Positions 38,901 to 52,100 of a stretch of 64,000 nucleotides of DNA are shown in pieces. The DNA comes from Chiloscyllium plagiosum. Lineage: Eukaryota. The stretch is taken from positions 4,021,872 to 4,085,871 of the forward strand of contig NC_057752.1 of NCBI RefSeq assembly GCF_004010195.1. The letters are read 5' to 3'. The stretch's first letter is position 1; each line of letters starts with the position of its first letter. The notes beneath the pieces are model-generated. The model saw nothing but the letters and a program-made list of their open reading frames with translations, was not told the origin of the DNA and did no database searches. Both the position numbers and the translations under genes were made by a program.

Positions 38901-40755
38901 ACGCAGATACTTCAGTCCAATACCATACCTTCTTCCACTAGCATACATAGACCAGAGTTGTCGTCAGTTTTTAATTGTGTACTTTGTGTGCATTTCTTGT
39001 GTATTCCTGAAAGGGCAAAACACAAAAGAATGTCTGCAAGAGGTAGCTTTCTGCTGAGAGAGGGAAGATAGTCTGCCCTCCCCTGTTATTTCTCTGTCTT
39101 TCTCTCTGTTTGAAGTTTCTTTAAAACCCTACAGGTGCAACATTGTACGAGTCCCACACAGAACTCTACCAGATAGCGAATGAACTCACATCTGCAGTAA
39201 CTTTTGTCCGTAGTAGTACACATTTAAAAAACAATGGGATTTTGTATTAAAAGTTAAAAATACCCATAGTACTTTAGGGTTCTGCTGCTTCAAGTGAAAA
39301 TGAAAGACCTGCATCTCTATAGCCCCTTTCATGACCTCGGGACACCCCATGATGCTTCACAGCCAATTAAGTATTTTTGAAGTGCAGTACTGTTGTAATG
39401 CAAGAACGCAGCAGCCAATTTGCAAATGTCAAACTCCCCAAAACAGCAGTATAATAATGACCAAATAACATTTTTATGAAGTTAATTGAGGGATAGATAT
39501 TGGGCCAGGACACCAAGGTTAACTATCCTGCCCTTCTTTGAATAGGTGGATTCATTTACATCCAGCTGAGAGGGCATACAGAACCTTGGTTCAGAATCTC
39601 ATTGAAGAGGCAGCAGTTCCAGCAGTACAGCATTTCCTCAGTTCTGCACTGAGATATCAGGTGAAAATGTTGCACTCAAGTCTAAAGGGAAACTTTAACC
39701 TAGCACCTTTTGTCTCAGGGTGTAGGAATGCCAGGTTAGCTGCATTGCATGTGGTGGAGCAGCTGGAGGTGATGGTGCTTTGTGAAATAGGCCTCCTTAA
39801 AGAGGTCATGTCAACTTCAGTCATTGCCATGTCAGGATGACGATGCAATGTAAGGTCCAGCCGCCAGCTTGCAAATGAATCACCAACTAATAACCCTCAG
39901 CACATCTTCACACAGCACAGCCAGGCACTTGAGGGCTGGGCATGATCCAAGAAGTACAGATATTTGCATGTTGAAGGGTATGCATGCAGTGCGATGTCTG
40001 ATGGGCGGTGAGCAATGAATGATTGATGGCAGGTTTTTGCTATTGCATCAGCTTCATCTAACAGTAGAGCTTACTTACTCTGCATCAAAGATAAAAGCAA
40101 TGACAGGTGAAATTTTAAGACAAGTTGTAACACACACATTGTGAAATTCAAGAATTTATGGGTGCAGTCTGCCACTTTTGGGATTCATCCAAAGTCGGCA
40201 ATGCTTGCAGTAGTTTTTATTTGAACCCTTAAGACTCAGCTAATTTTGCATTAAGGCCTTGACGAGAAAGGATTCTTCTGACTTTGCATTTTTTGAAAGG
40301 CCATCGCAGAGAAAGTAATCCGTTATTGCCTGTTGCTAATGTTTATCTCTGCACCATTAAATCACAGTTTCTATTACTGTTCTTCCCCCGGAGAACCGAG
40401 ACTCATCTGATGACAGCCTGAATGCCAACTGAAACCAAGATACGTTGCTGCCTCTCATGATGTTCACATGGAAAGGCTTTTGGCCTGCAGCCTTGATTAT
40501 CCATTGTTGTCCTGAGCAAATCAGCAGTATTGATATTTTAGTGCAGGTAATCTCTGTAATAATTTCAGTCTTCACACCAGAATTCTAAATCTGTTATTAG
40601 GGAGACTGAAGCAATGTAGTAATGTTACTTGACCCTTCCATGACATGAGTTAAAATCCTACCACAGTACCTGGAAGTAGCTAAATTCAGTTCATGAATAA
40701 AACTTTGGAATAAATTGCTAGTCTCTTTGAAACAACACAAACATCTAATCAGTAA

Positions 40756-43290
40756 TAAGACCATAAGACGTAGGAACAGGAATTAGGCCATTTGGCCCAA
40801 TGAGTCTGCTGCACCATTCAATCATGGCTGGTAAGTTTCTCAACCCCATTCTCCCATTTTCTCCTCATAACCTTTGATCCTCTTGGCAATCAAAAACCTT
40901 ATCTATCTCTGTCTTAAATATACACAATGACTTTGCCTCCATAACCTTCTGTCACAGTGGATTCCATAGTTTCATCACTCTCTGGCTGAAGAAGTTTCTT
41001 CTCATCTCTATTGTAAAAGGTCTTCCCTTTAACTCGAAGGCTGTGCCCTCGGCTGCTAATGGAAAACATCTTCCTAATGTCCACTCTGCCCAGGCCATAC
41101 AGTATTCTGTATGGTTCAATTAGATCCCTCCTCATCCTTCTAAATTCCATCGAGTATAGACCCAGAGTCCTCAAACGTTCTTCATATGTTAAGCCTTTCA
41201 TTCCTGGGATCATTCTCGTCAACCTCCTCTGGACGCATTCCAGGGCCAGGTATCCTTCTTAGATATGGGGCTCAAAATTGCTCACATTATTTGAAATGTG
41301 GTCTGACCAGAGCCAGAGAACTTCAGAAGTACATCCCTGCTTTTATATTCTTGTCCTCTCGAAATAAATGCCAACATTGTATTTGCTTTCTTAACTACTA
41401 GCTCAACCTGCAAGTCGACCTTGAGAGAATCCTGGACAAAGACTCACAAGTCTCTTTGCACTTCAGATTTCTGAATATTCTCCCCATTTAGAAAATAGTC
41501 CATGCCTCTATTCTTCCTACCAAAGTCTATGACCTCACACTTTCCCACGTTGTATTCCATCTGCCACTTCTTTGCCCACTCTCCTAACCTGTCTAAATCT
41601 TTCTGCAGCCTCCCTGCCTCCTCAATGTTACCTGTCCCATCATCCATCTTTGTATCATCTGTGTCGGAGAAATTCAGCCCAGTGAATCAGAGACCACAAA
41701 TGAGGATCGCGGTGAAATTGACCAGTGGTTTATTCAACAAAGCGATATCACAGAAGAGAAATTGACCAGGCTGACACAGAACTGATTCTCTGCACAGATG
41801 GCCAGAACGCTCTCCCCCGAGCGGAAGGTGCCGGTAAGTTTTACAGGGGTACAACACAAAGGTGATAACTGTAAAGCAGTTACAGTATAGAAATTGTAAA
41901 CCGAGCCTGCTCTTAGGGTATTGGGACCACAGTGCTAAGAGCTTTACTGTGAAAGCTGTTTGGGAAGTGTATTCTCTGGTCTGGGAATAGCTTGGCCATG
42001 TCTGGTTTCTTTGTTAGCCTGTTTGGCTAGGACTGGGGCATTGTGGGTGTGTTCTGTATATGTTGGCAGGCTTGATTGCTGTGTTTCGCAGGCCTGCTTC
42101 TGTGTTTCTTATGTGGTCACGCTGTAGGTGGCAGGGCAGCAGATCGTTCCCCCACAATCTGCAAACTTAGCCAGAATGCCCTCAGTTCCTTCATCTAGAT
42201 TATTAACATATCAAGTGAAAAGCTGTGCTCCTACAACTGAGCCTTGTGGAACACCACTAGTCACCGACTGCCATCCTGAGAAGAATCTTTTTATCCCCAC
42301 TCTTTGCTTTCTGCCAGACAGCCAAGCTGCTATCCATGTTAATACCTTGCCTCCAACACCATGTGCCCTTATCTTACTCAGTAGCCTTTTATGTGGCACC
42401 TTGTCAAAGGCTTTCTTGAAGTCCAGGTAGATAACATCCTTTGACTCTCCTTGGCCTAACCTGCTCGTTACCTCCTCAAAGAATTCTAGCAGATTTGTCA
42501 GGCATGACCTCCCCTTGATGAAACCATGACTTTGCCCTATTTTACCATACACTTTCAAGTATTCAGAAATCTCATCCTTCACAGTGGACTCCAAAATCTT
42601 ACCAACGACTGAGGGCAGGCTAATCACCCTATAATTTCTCAACTTTTGCCTACTCTCTTCTGAAACAAGGGGGTTACATTAGCGATTTTCCAGTCCTCTG
42701 GGACCCTCCCTGACTCTAGTGATTTCTGAAAGATCACTATTAATGCTTCCACTATCTCTTCAGCTATCTCATTCAGACCTTTGGGGTGGAGTCAGTCCAT
42801 CTGGTCCAGGTGACTTATCCACCTTCCGATCTTGCAGTTTTTCTAGCACCTTTTCCTTAGTGATGACCACCATACTCAGCTCTACAGCCCTGACATGAAT
42901 TTTTGGGATGTTACTCGTGTCTTTCACTGTGAAGAATGACGCAAAGTACTTTTTCAGTTCCTCTGCCATTTCTTTGTTTCCTTTCTCTACCGTCATTTTC
43001 AAGCAGTCCAATGTCCACTTTTGCCTCTCTTTTACCCTTTATATATCTAAAGAAACTCTTGCAATTTATTTTATATTACTGGCTAGCTTACCCTCATATT
43101 TAATCTTCTCCTTCCTTATTTCTTTTTTGGTTGTCCTCTGTTGGTCTTTGTATGTTTTCTAATCCTCTGGATTTCCACTGCCCTTCACACCATAAGATGC
43201 TTTCTCTTTTGCTTTTATGCTGTCCCTGATGTCCCTTGTCAGCCATAGTTGACTTGTCCTTCCTTTAGTATGTTTCTTTTTCGTGGGGAT
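40756..43290 (-). mobile_element. Long CR1 LINE fragment, interrupted by a solo LTR
   Basis: ORFs NYRVISLPSVVGKILES...HGFIKGRSCLTNLLEFFEEVT...YLDFKKAFDKVPH...SGVPQGSV, LQKDLDRLGEWAKKWQMEYN, and TRMIPGMKGLTYEERL. Confidence 0.92.
41662..42156 (-). mobile_element. Solo LTR (495 bp) with 5-bp TSD
   Basis: TG...CA termini; ATCTG duplicated at 41657-41661 and 42157-42161; AATAAA on the minus strand at 41729-41734. Removing it restores the CR1 sequence tgtatcatctg-caaactt. Confidence 0.85.
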
Positions 43291-44886
43291 GAATGTCCAC
43301 TTTTAGGATAGGGAATCTGCCCTTACCCAATTTGGCTGAAATGTGACTTAAAATCTATACCAATATGTTGATTCTTAACTGCCCTCTGAAGTGGCCACTC
43401 AGTTATAGACAACTCATGACGACTTGCTCAAGGGCAGTTCAGAGTGGGCAATTATTGCTGGCTTTGTCATGGCACGCATATCCCAGAAACAAATTAGTAA
43501 AAAGAAAAGCTTGCTACAGAGTTAAGCAAAGGCTCGTAAACCAGAAGTGTTAACTCTGTTTCTCTCCTCACATATGCTGCCAAACCTGCTGGGTATTTCC
43601 AGCATCTGTAGTGTTTTGCTTTTACACAGAACAGGAGGAAAGGCCACCTAGCCCTTCAAGCCTGTACCACCATTTATTTAGATCAAAACTGATCTGTAAA
43701 CGGTTGATTCCATTTACCTACCTTGGTACCATATAGCTTTACCTAACAAAAATCTCTCGGTCCAGATATTGAATTTTTTAATTAATCCCCAGTTTTTGAG
43801 GGGAGAGCTCCAGATTTCCACTGTTTGTATGGACGAAATGCTTCTAGACATCACTGCTGTTTAGACTAGCTCTATTTTTCCCACCTGAGGAAAGCCTTTG
43901 TCTCTATCGACCTTTTAAAATTGATGAATTATCTCAAGCACCTTAATTAATTCATCCCTCAATCGCTTAATCTTCTATAACTATATGAGAGAGGGCGTAG
44001 AGGCAATTTACAAGGATTTAGCCAGGCCGAAAATTGCAGCAATAAGGAAAGGTTGGGCTTTCTGTCCTGAGAACAAAGAAGCCAAGGGGAGATTTAATTG
44101 AGATGTACAAAATTGGGAGGAGCCTGGATAGAATGGCTGGGAAGGGCCTATTTACCTTGCAGACTCTTCAGTGATTGGTAGAAGGATGAGAGGGATAATG
44201 AGGAAACATTTTACAACCAGAATATGTTGGAACACACTGCATGAAAGGGTAGAGGAAGGAGAATCCCAGAACTCATTTAAAAGGTATCTGGATATGCATC
44301 TGAAGTCCTGTAACCTCCAGGGATATGGATAAAGTGCTGGAAAATGGAAATAGGTTGACTGGACTATTTTTCAGCTGGGACAGATATGATGGGCAGAGTG
44401 GCCTCCTGTGTTATAAATGTTTCTACACTTTCTAAATAACTGAAAGGGTTTGGGGAGAGCTGATTGTACAGGGATGTAAGGAGTGGGTGGACGAGGGACA
44501 GTATGTGAATTGCTCCATAGGAGGCTCCATGGAAGTGATGGATTATAAATGGTCATTATTTAGTACCATAAATATTCTATGATTCTAATTTATGCATCCA
44601 TTTGTCATAACTTAACCTCTTTAGCTTGGTTATTTTTCAGGTGAATTTGCACTACAGCCCCTCCAAGACGAATATACTTCCTGAGGTACAGTGCAAACAG
44701 CAGAATGTTATAACCCATGCACAGTCTAACTAAAGCATAAACAACTATACCACCCTATGGAATTAAGGCTAACATCCCACTAGCCTGTTAAATTATTGTT
44801 GTACAACCGGATCTGAAAATTGAATTCAGCATCTGTCTTGAGATTGCTTGCAGAAAATTGAGTTTCATTAGATGCTGCATCAACTG

Positions 44887-45510
44887 TTCTGCCACCGACA
44901 AACGGACCCCACCACTAGAGATATATTTTCCTCCCCACCCCTATCTGCTTTCCGTAAAGACCATTCTCTCCGCAACTCTATTCCACATCCATCAAAGTTT
45001 CACCTGCACTTCCACACATGTCAATTACACTATCCAGTGCTCCCGATGCAGTCTCCTCTACACTGGGGAGATAGTTTGTCTACTAGCAGAGCGCTTCAGA
45101 GCACATCTCTGGGATACCCGCACCGACCAACCCACCGCCCTGTGGCCGAACACTTCACTCCCCTTCCCACTCTGCCGAAGACATGCAGGTCCTGGGCCTC
45201 CTCCACTGCCACTCCCTCACCACCCGACGCCGGAGGAAGAATGCCTTATCTTCTGCCTCGGGACCCTCCAACCCCAGGGCATCAATGTGGATTTCACCAG
45301 TTTCCACATTTCCCCTCCCCCCACCTTACCCCAGTTTCAACCTTCCAGCTCAGCACCGTCCTCATGACCTGTCCTACCTGTCAATCTTCCTTTCCACCTA
45401 TCCACTCCACCCTCCCCTCTGACCTATCACCTTTACCCCCACCTCCATCCATCTACTGCACTCTCAGCTACCTTCCCCCCAGCCCCAAACCCTCCTATTT
45501 ATCTCTCCGT
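44887..45510 (+). mobile_element. Penelope-like element GIY-YIG fragment
   Basis: QSFTCTSTHVNYTIQCSRCSLLYTGE...LAERFRAHL...LGTLQPQGINVDF; same family as 61415-63476. Confidence 0.85.
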
Positions 45511-45926
45511 CCCTGAGGTTCCTGTTTTGGTACCTCTCTACCTGGTAAATTATGAGGGACAGTCCAGGGCATGGATGGGTTTTCTGCCACCCTACATTGT
45601 GATGTGCTCACTTCATCACTGAGTATCTGCCTGGCAACAATGGAGGAGGGTGAAGAGGAAGAGTATGCGTAACATCCAGCCCACATAATCTGGTCGTTCC
45701 TTGATTGTTGTGTGTGGGACCTTGCCGTGTGCAAATTGTTTGGTGCATTTCCTACAGAGCTGGTGCAGACCCAATGGGCTGAAAAGCCTCATTCCTCACT
45801 GGAACAATTCTGTGATCGAGAAAGTATTGGCAGCAAAACGTGCTGAGGGATTTGGAGTTTGCGAAAGGTGTTATCAAAATGCAAATTCTTTCTGTCCTTC
45901 CATCTACATCCAGTTCAGTATCTCAC

Positions 45927-46039
45927 CTCAGTTACAAAGAGTTCCTCCATATTTCTGTAGGCAGTGCTGGTGTTGTTGTTGAGGTCTTCAGTAAAGTTCC
46001 AATTGATGATTGAAATTGAAGCTCTGAATGCAATAAAGG
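45927..46039 (-). CDS. Internal exon encoding the N-terminal half of a SEA domain (parent gene unidentified)
   Basis: Minus strand: acceptor ttgttgacttttcag|CC, open frame xFIAFRASISIINWNFTEDLNNNTSTAYRNMEELFVTE, donor GAG|GTGAGA. Phase 1 in, phase 0 out. The F-x-x-x-I-x-I-x-N-x-x-F-T-x-D-L-x-N-x-x-S-x-x-Y pattern is typical of SEA domains. Confidence 0.7.
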
Positions 46040-46439
46040 CTGAAAAGTCAACAAATTGAGACATTCAGTTATTATAAAACTACCTGTGGCCATTCAGGAT
46101 GAAAACATGAACATATGTCATGCAGTAGTGAAAGGTATGATAGAAATACAAGTCCTCCTTTCATTTAAAATCCTTCTCTGTCATGTACAGGTCTGGTGAA
46201 GCCTACAATACTGAAACCTCAACATTTGTCTTTCCTTTTTACAGATACTGATTGGGCTGCTGTGAATTCTAATTGTTGCAATTTCTCATTTGGACTATAT
46301 TCCCTGCTCCACAACTTCAACCAATCTACACAGAGACAAATAAACATCTCTAATACAAAAGATGCGGAGAACAGTTGAAAGGTTAGAGCACAAAAATAGG
46401 TCACTCATTCCAACATGTCTGCATCGGCTGAGTAAAGTA

Positions 46440-46875
46440 GTCATAGAGCCATAAAGTCATTGAGTTTTACAGCGCAGAAAATTGGCCTATGTCCCTCTAA
46501 ACCCTTCCTATTCATGCACCCATCCAGATGACTTTTAAATGTTATAATTGTACCAGCCTCCACCACTTCCTCTGACAGCTCATTCCATACACGCACCACC
46601 CTCTGCATGAAAAAGTTGCCCCTTAGTTCCCTTTTAAATCTTTCCCCTCTCACCCTAAACCTATGCCCTCTAGTTCTGGACTGCCTCACCTCAGGGAAAA
46701 GTTCTTGTCTATTTACCCTTTCCATGCCCCTCATGATTTTATAAACCTCTGTTTATAATTCCTCAGCCTCCAACACTTCAGGGAAAACAGCCCCAGCCAA
46801 TTCAGCCTCTCCCTATAACCTCCAACCCTGGCAACATCCTTGTAATTCTTTTACGAACCCTTTCAAGTTTCATGA
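46440..46875 (-). mobile_element. HER1/CR1 LINE 3' fragment (similar fragments at 51447-51925 and 56470-56930)
   Basis: MRGMERVNRQELFP...TRGHRFRVRGERFKRELRGNFFMQRVVRVWNELSEEVVEAGTIITFK. Confidence 0.88.
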
Positions 46876-47180
46876 TTTCAAATAAACCTGATGGACTATA
46901 ACCTGGTGTCGTGTGACCTCTGATTTTATCCATCCCAGTCCAACACCGGCACCTCCACATACCCAACACTTCAAGCACACTTGCCCTCTATATCTGCAGA
47001 TTGTGCACTGGACTCATCAGGCATCTTAGAAGAAATTGCCTCAGAAGAGAAGAAGGAAGGAGAAAATTAACACAGTTCTTAATTGCATTACTGTGGTCCT
47101 GATCAAAACTTCTTTATGTGTTAAGAAAAAAAGATTAAATAGTCTGTGCAGCTGAAAGCTTGGGATAGATGCTATCTAGA

Positions 47181-47389
47181 ATCAAGAGTGTTGTGCTGGA
47201 AAAGCACAGCAGATCAGGCAGCATCCAAGGAGCAACAGAATTGACGTTTTGGGCATAAGCCCTTCATCAGGAATGAGGGTTATACCCAAAACGTCGTTTC
47301 TCCTGCTCCTTGGATGCTGCCTGACCTGCTGTGCTTTTCCAGCACCACATTCTCAACTGATCCCAGCATCTGCAGTCCTCACTTTCTCC
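47181..47389. mobile_element. Palindromic PLE terminal-repeat pair
   Basis: Opposed gctggaaaagcacagcag/ctgctgtgcttttccagc arms; 16-bp TSD atagatg(c/t)tatctaga at 47165-47180 and 47390-47405. Confidence 0.8.
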
Positions 47390-47543
47390 ATAGATGTTAT
47401 CTAGACCTTGCCCTGCTAGTGACCTTAGTTTAAAAGACGAATGCATGACACTGTAGCTAATCATTCAGACCAGTTTAAAGTGCTGTATTTGCTGTTAAAA
47501 TTGAAATGTATGCAATGGGTTTAAGGTGAGTAAGAGGGAAATA

Positions 47544-48327
47544 CAGAGGAACCTCAATTATCCAAACGAGATGGGCAGGCAGTATTTCATTCAGATAATT
47601 GATTATTCACATAAGTGACTCAATGCCTCTCCTCTGGGACTTGGAGTTTTCTGAAGTTTCCTTTTTCCTCTCTGTCTCAGGGTTTGTTTCTGAGCAGACA
47701 CAGACTTGTGTGTAAGGGACCTGCAGCATTGCTGTAGCCTCTCCCCACCGTTGCCTCACTTCAATGGGATTGACAGAGTGAGCACTTGCTATGTCCGCGC
47801 CCCATTCAGGAGACTAGGTAGCAGCACACCACACAACACTGCCCACACCCCCACCCTGCCCCCCCACGCACCCCCGCCCCCACCCCTGGAATGGAGACAT
47901 AGCCAGACTGGACACCAACAGCAAGACTGCTGCTACCTTTGGGGGGGGGTGAGTCTCAAAATACCACACACACACACACACAACTTTTTGACAAGTTCCC
48001 ATCTGCCCTGTACAGGACAATGTTGGAGAGATTGTCTGGGGAAGGGGGGGTTTAGGGTACACCCCTGTGTGGAACTCCAGGGAAAGTTTGAGGAGAGAGA
48101 GAGGGCAGGTGGTCAGTCATTTGGAGACGGTGCCTGGGCTCCCATCAATGTCCAGGACTGTTCTTGGCAGCATTTCAGTAAGCAGAGTTCATTTTTAATC
48201 ATTGTAAACAAAAGATGTGATTAGTGTTGGTAACACCTCTTTGATGTAATGTTTTTATCAGGACCTTGAGATCTTCAGATAATCCAAAATTTGGATCATT
48301 TTTATTCGGATTATCGAGGTTCCTCTG
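47544..48327. mobile_element. Non-autonomous Tc1/mariner (pogo/Tigger-like) DNA transposon, 784 bp
   Basis: TIRs CAGAGGAACCTCAATTATCC and (reverse complement) CAGAGGAACCTCGATAATCC; TA on both flanks. Confidence 0.85.
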
Positions 48328-49115
48328 TATTTGAACAGACAAATTAGGAGCAGGAGGAGGTCTCTCAAGCCTGACAAGAAAATGACTTAGAAGTAGAATT
48401 ACTGTTGAGCTGTCACTTTTGGAACAAAGCAAATCGAATTCTGGGCCGAGCAAAAAAAAGTCAAACAGTAAAATAATACCCAATCCAGTTAGTAGCAAGC
48501 TCCCTCTGGACTCGGTAGGGTTTAGACATATGATTTAATGAACACTGAAGCAGTACTGAGGATTTGCTATTTTGTTGGCAGCATCTTTAAACAAGAAACT
48601 AAGAATCTGATCAATATGTATGCTGGCTGCTGCGATTGCCTGAAAAATGGCAATGCCAACTCTTCAATGGCAGTGAGAACAAAGTCCAACTGATGCCACA
48701 TTTCATTCTGTTAATGGAATAAAACTATAATTTTAGATTGAAGAAACAGCTAGATGATGGCAGGCATGGTAGAGAGGGCTCGGTGAATTGGGAGGGCTGA
48801 TGTATTGCCCTTGATGAGGTTGCAGTAATGATCCTGTGCAAAATGTCTTACAGCAATTCTATTCTGGGCAAATGGCATATAGTGTCCAGGTGCTCTATTA
48901 CGAGAAGGAAGATTCACCCTGGGCAGCTCCACTATCAGAGCACTATTGACAATACCCTGGCAACAGCCTGTCCTTTAGGCAGGAAAGCAGGTGGGGAAAA
49001 TATCTTAATCAGGAAGTCTTGTGTGAAACTCACAGCAAATGCATCAGGAAACAAGTAACAATGATCTTATATTCTGCAACAGCGAGACATCTTAAAAGAC
49101 CCATTCAAATACCTA

Positions 49116-52100
49116 GGGCTGAATATTACATATTTTTCACTAATTGTGAGTTGCATTGAGTTTTTGTGGAGGGATTTTTGCCATGAGGCTTTGTGGGATT
49201 TCTTGCTGTATCTTTCAAAACACACTTTTATAAACTACCTACCCTGTTCTCTGGTGTCCCTCACATTCAATCTGTCCTCACCTTACCATGTGTTGTTTCC
49301 TGAACAACTCACCATTCAGCAGATATCCACCGAAGAACCAGCATACCTTAAGACCACACTATCTTTGAAAGGCTGCTGTGCACCCTGATGAGCACCTGCA
49401 TTCCGAAGTTGCTTTGCTTGATCAAGGATGGACTCTAAACATGTTGGAGTAGGGGGAGATAGCACTATGAGTTTTCAACAGGTAGCTGGTGGTTCTAGTC
49501 AAGGAAGTAGTGCAAAAGAGAGGTCTCCTCTTCCTAGAAGACTGGCAGAGGGGGCTGTATCACCAGACTATGCTCCCACACTTTGTAAGCCTAATGTTCC
49601 CCACAGGGTGTCAATATCTAAGCTGGTAGGGGAGTGCAGGAGGCAGCTTCGCTAATGCTTCCTCTCAAGCCTCGGTACTCTCAACCTCAGAGGCTGAGAA
49701 GATGACTTCTGTGGAGCCAGTCATTTCTCCATGTTGGTGGGCATTCTGCTGATATCTGAAAGAAATATGAGTGAGAAAGCATACTTTCTCCAGCTTAGCT
49801 TCACTGCCAAGCAAGCTCCTTCCATGCCAGTTGTGCAACCAAGGAGTACATGTACTGGTGCCATGGGCAGGAAAGGAAGAAGAAAGTTTATTGAAGACAC
49901 TTGACAATACGCTGCATATTATTTGGTATTTTACTACAAATGGCATGGTTTTGACTGTACATTTGGTTGTTTGGGTGGCTCAGAATGTCATTATTCCAGC
50001 TTGAAGCATTACTTCATGGTCACACAGAATGTATGATGGGTTGAGAGCTTGTTGCAGCACGTGGAAGCAAGATGAACAATGGTGTCCTGCTGACAGCATT
50101 GGCCCTCATCCTCCAATATCCCCTTTCTTTTCCTAGCCTCTGTGTCCAACAGTGTTGCTGTGAATGAAGTGGTCAGTGATGTCTGGGGAAGGAAGGTGCA
50201 CAACATACAGGGAGTCAATGCAATGGGATAGCCAGGGATTTGGGACCCCACAGATCTGTGCTCTGTACAGTGCATGGGGTTGTGTGTAATATTCTTGCAC
50301 TTTAAAGGCCCTTGCATCAATGAGTTCTACAGCCCTCTTCCTCACAGGCACAGACACTTACCCCACCAGCTCCAAGGGTGATTGCATTCATTTTCTTTCA
50401 CATTGCAACCTTTTGAATTCCAGCACGATGGAAGGAGACAGAGTGCTCTTCAGCCAGTAGCTTCCAACCATTGTCTCAATATGTCTGTAAGAACCAAACA
50501 TCCTGACAGCCCTCCCAGTGAACCTCATAGGCATGTTGTGTCCCTATCTCGCAAGGTCCCCACTCAACCCATCTGCATGTGCCTACCCCTGCCCCCAGTT
50601 ATATGGAGTCACCATACTAGATGACTCCTTGCTTCTGACCATGGAGGGATTCCCCTCCCACATGACTCCTTTCCAATAATGCAATACATATCCCCTCCAT
50701 GTGAATATTGTTGCCCAACTTCACAATTGTTACTCCCCATCCCCCACCCCCCAGTCCAGAAGAATAGTTTACCAAGTCCCCAGAAGCAGCCCCCTTTCCC
50801 ATAGTTTCTCTGGACTAACCCAAGAGACAGACCGTGACCCATCTCCTCAATCAACCTAACCAGACAATCTTAGATGAGAAGTGCCCAGACACCTGACTGG
50901 TGGCTATATATCTCCAAGACTGCATTAGACCTACTCCCAGACTAGTCACTATAGAGCCAAAGATGAAACTGACTCCCCAGACTGCAGAGACACAGGTCCC
51001 CTGAATGAGAAAGCCCCAATTGGCTGTCTGACTGTAGCCAATCCATGGACTTGTATTGATTACTGCCTTTGATTTACTCTGCTGGACCTCCCTGACTGAC
51101 AGCTGCCTCAATGTATTTCAGTGAGAACTGCTCTCCTAAGACTTGACATATGGATGCCTGCTTGCTGCACATACAATGAGTTTGCCACATAAGTTGCTGG
51201 CATATGGTGCAGGTGTGTCATTTACGCAGCACGGTAAGATCCCTTGACTGAGAACTACTGAGAGCAAGGCAAACTGCCCAGTTGTGTGACTGCATAAATT
51301 GGCAAGGCATGGATAGTGTGAGCATCCAGATTGGTGCTACATAAGCAAGTGCTCAGAGAACAAGCAAGCAACCATGCAATGTAGCCTGGTCCAATCGGTG
51401 AACTGTATGCCTGTCTCTGCAAGCAAAATGTCCTTGCTGCAGACTTATAGAGTCATACAGCATGGAAACAGACCCTTCAGTCCAACTTGTCCATTACGAC
51501 CAGGTTTCCTAAACTGAACTAGTCCCATTTGCCTGCATTTGGCCCATATCCCTCTAAAACCCTTCCAATTCATGTTGTGATTGTATCCGCCTCTACCACT
51601 TCCTCTGGCAGCTCATTTCATAAACACACTACCCTCTGTGAGAAAAAGTTGCCCCTTAGGTCCATTTTAAATCTTTCCCCCAACCTTAAACTTATGTCCT
51701 CTAAGTTTTGGACTCCCCTTACCCTATGAACAGGACCTTGGCTATTCACCTTATCTATGCCCCTCATGGTTTAATAAACGTCTATAAGGTCACCCCTCAG
51801 TCTCCATCTCCAGGGAAAAAAGTGTCAGCCTATCCACCCTCTCCTTATAATTCAAACCATCTGTTCCCAGCAACATCCTCGTAAATTTTTTCTGCACCCT
51901 TTCTAGTCTAACAACATCCTTCCTAATTGTTGGTGCGCCCTGCAGTGCAGCTCTGTGCTTTCCTACACATGAATCAGAGAGGAGCCATGATGGTTGTGAG
52001 GGTTGGCAAATGCTGGATGCCAATGTCCATGGACGAGGGGTGCATGCAACTGGTGCACATTGATCATACACTGAGATACTATTCGTCCGAAAGGACACAC

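Noticed and set aside
45542..45630. Minus-strand acceptor/donor pair right after the SEA exon
   Set aside because: The phase-0 reading stops immediately. The alternative acceptor gives ILSDEVSTSQCRVAENPSMPW, which has no SEA similarity.
46219..46404. Splice-acceptor-like sites on both strands and a TSP1-like SCGAG...RNCNN fragment
   Set aside because: That frame has multiple stops, and no consistent exon or donor could be built.
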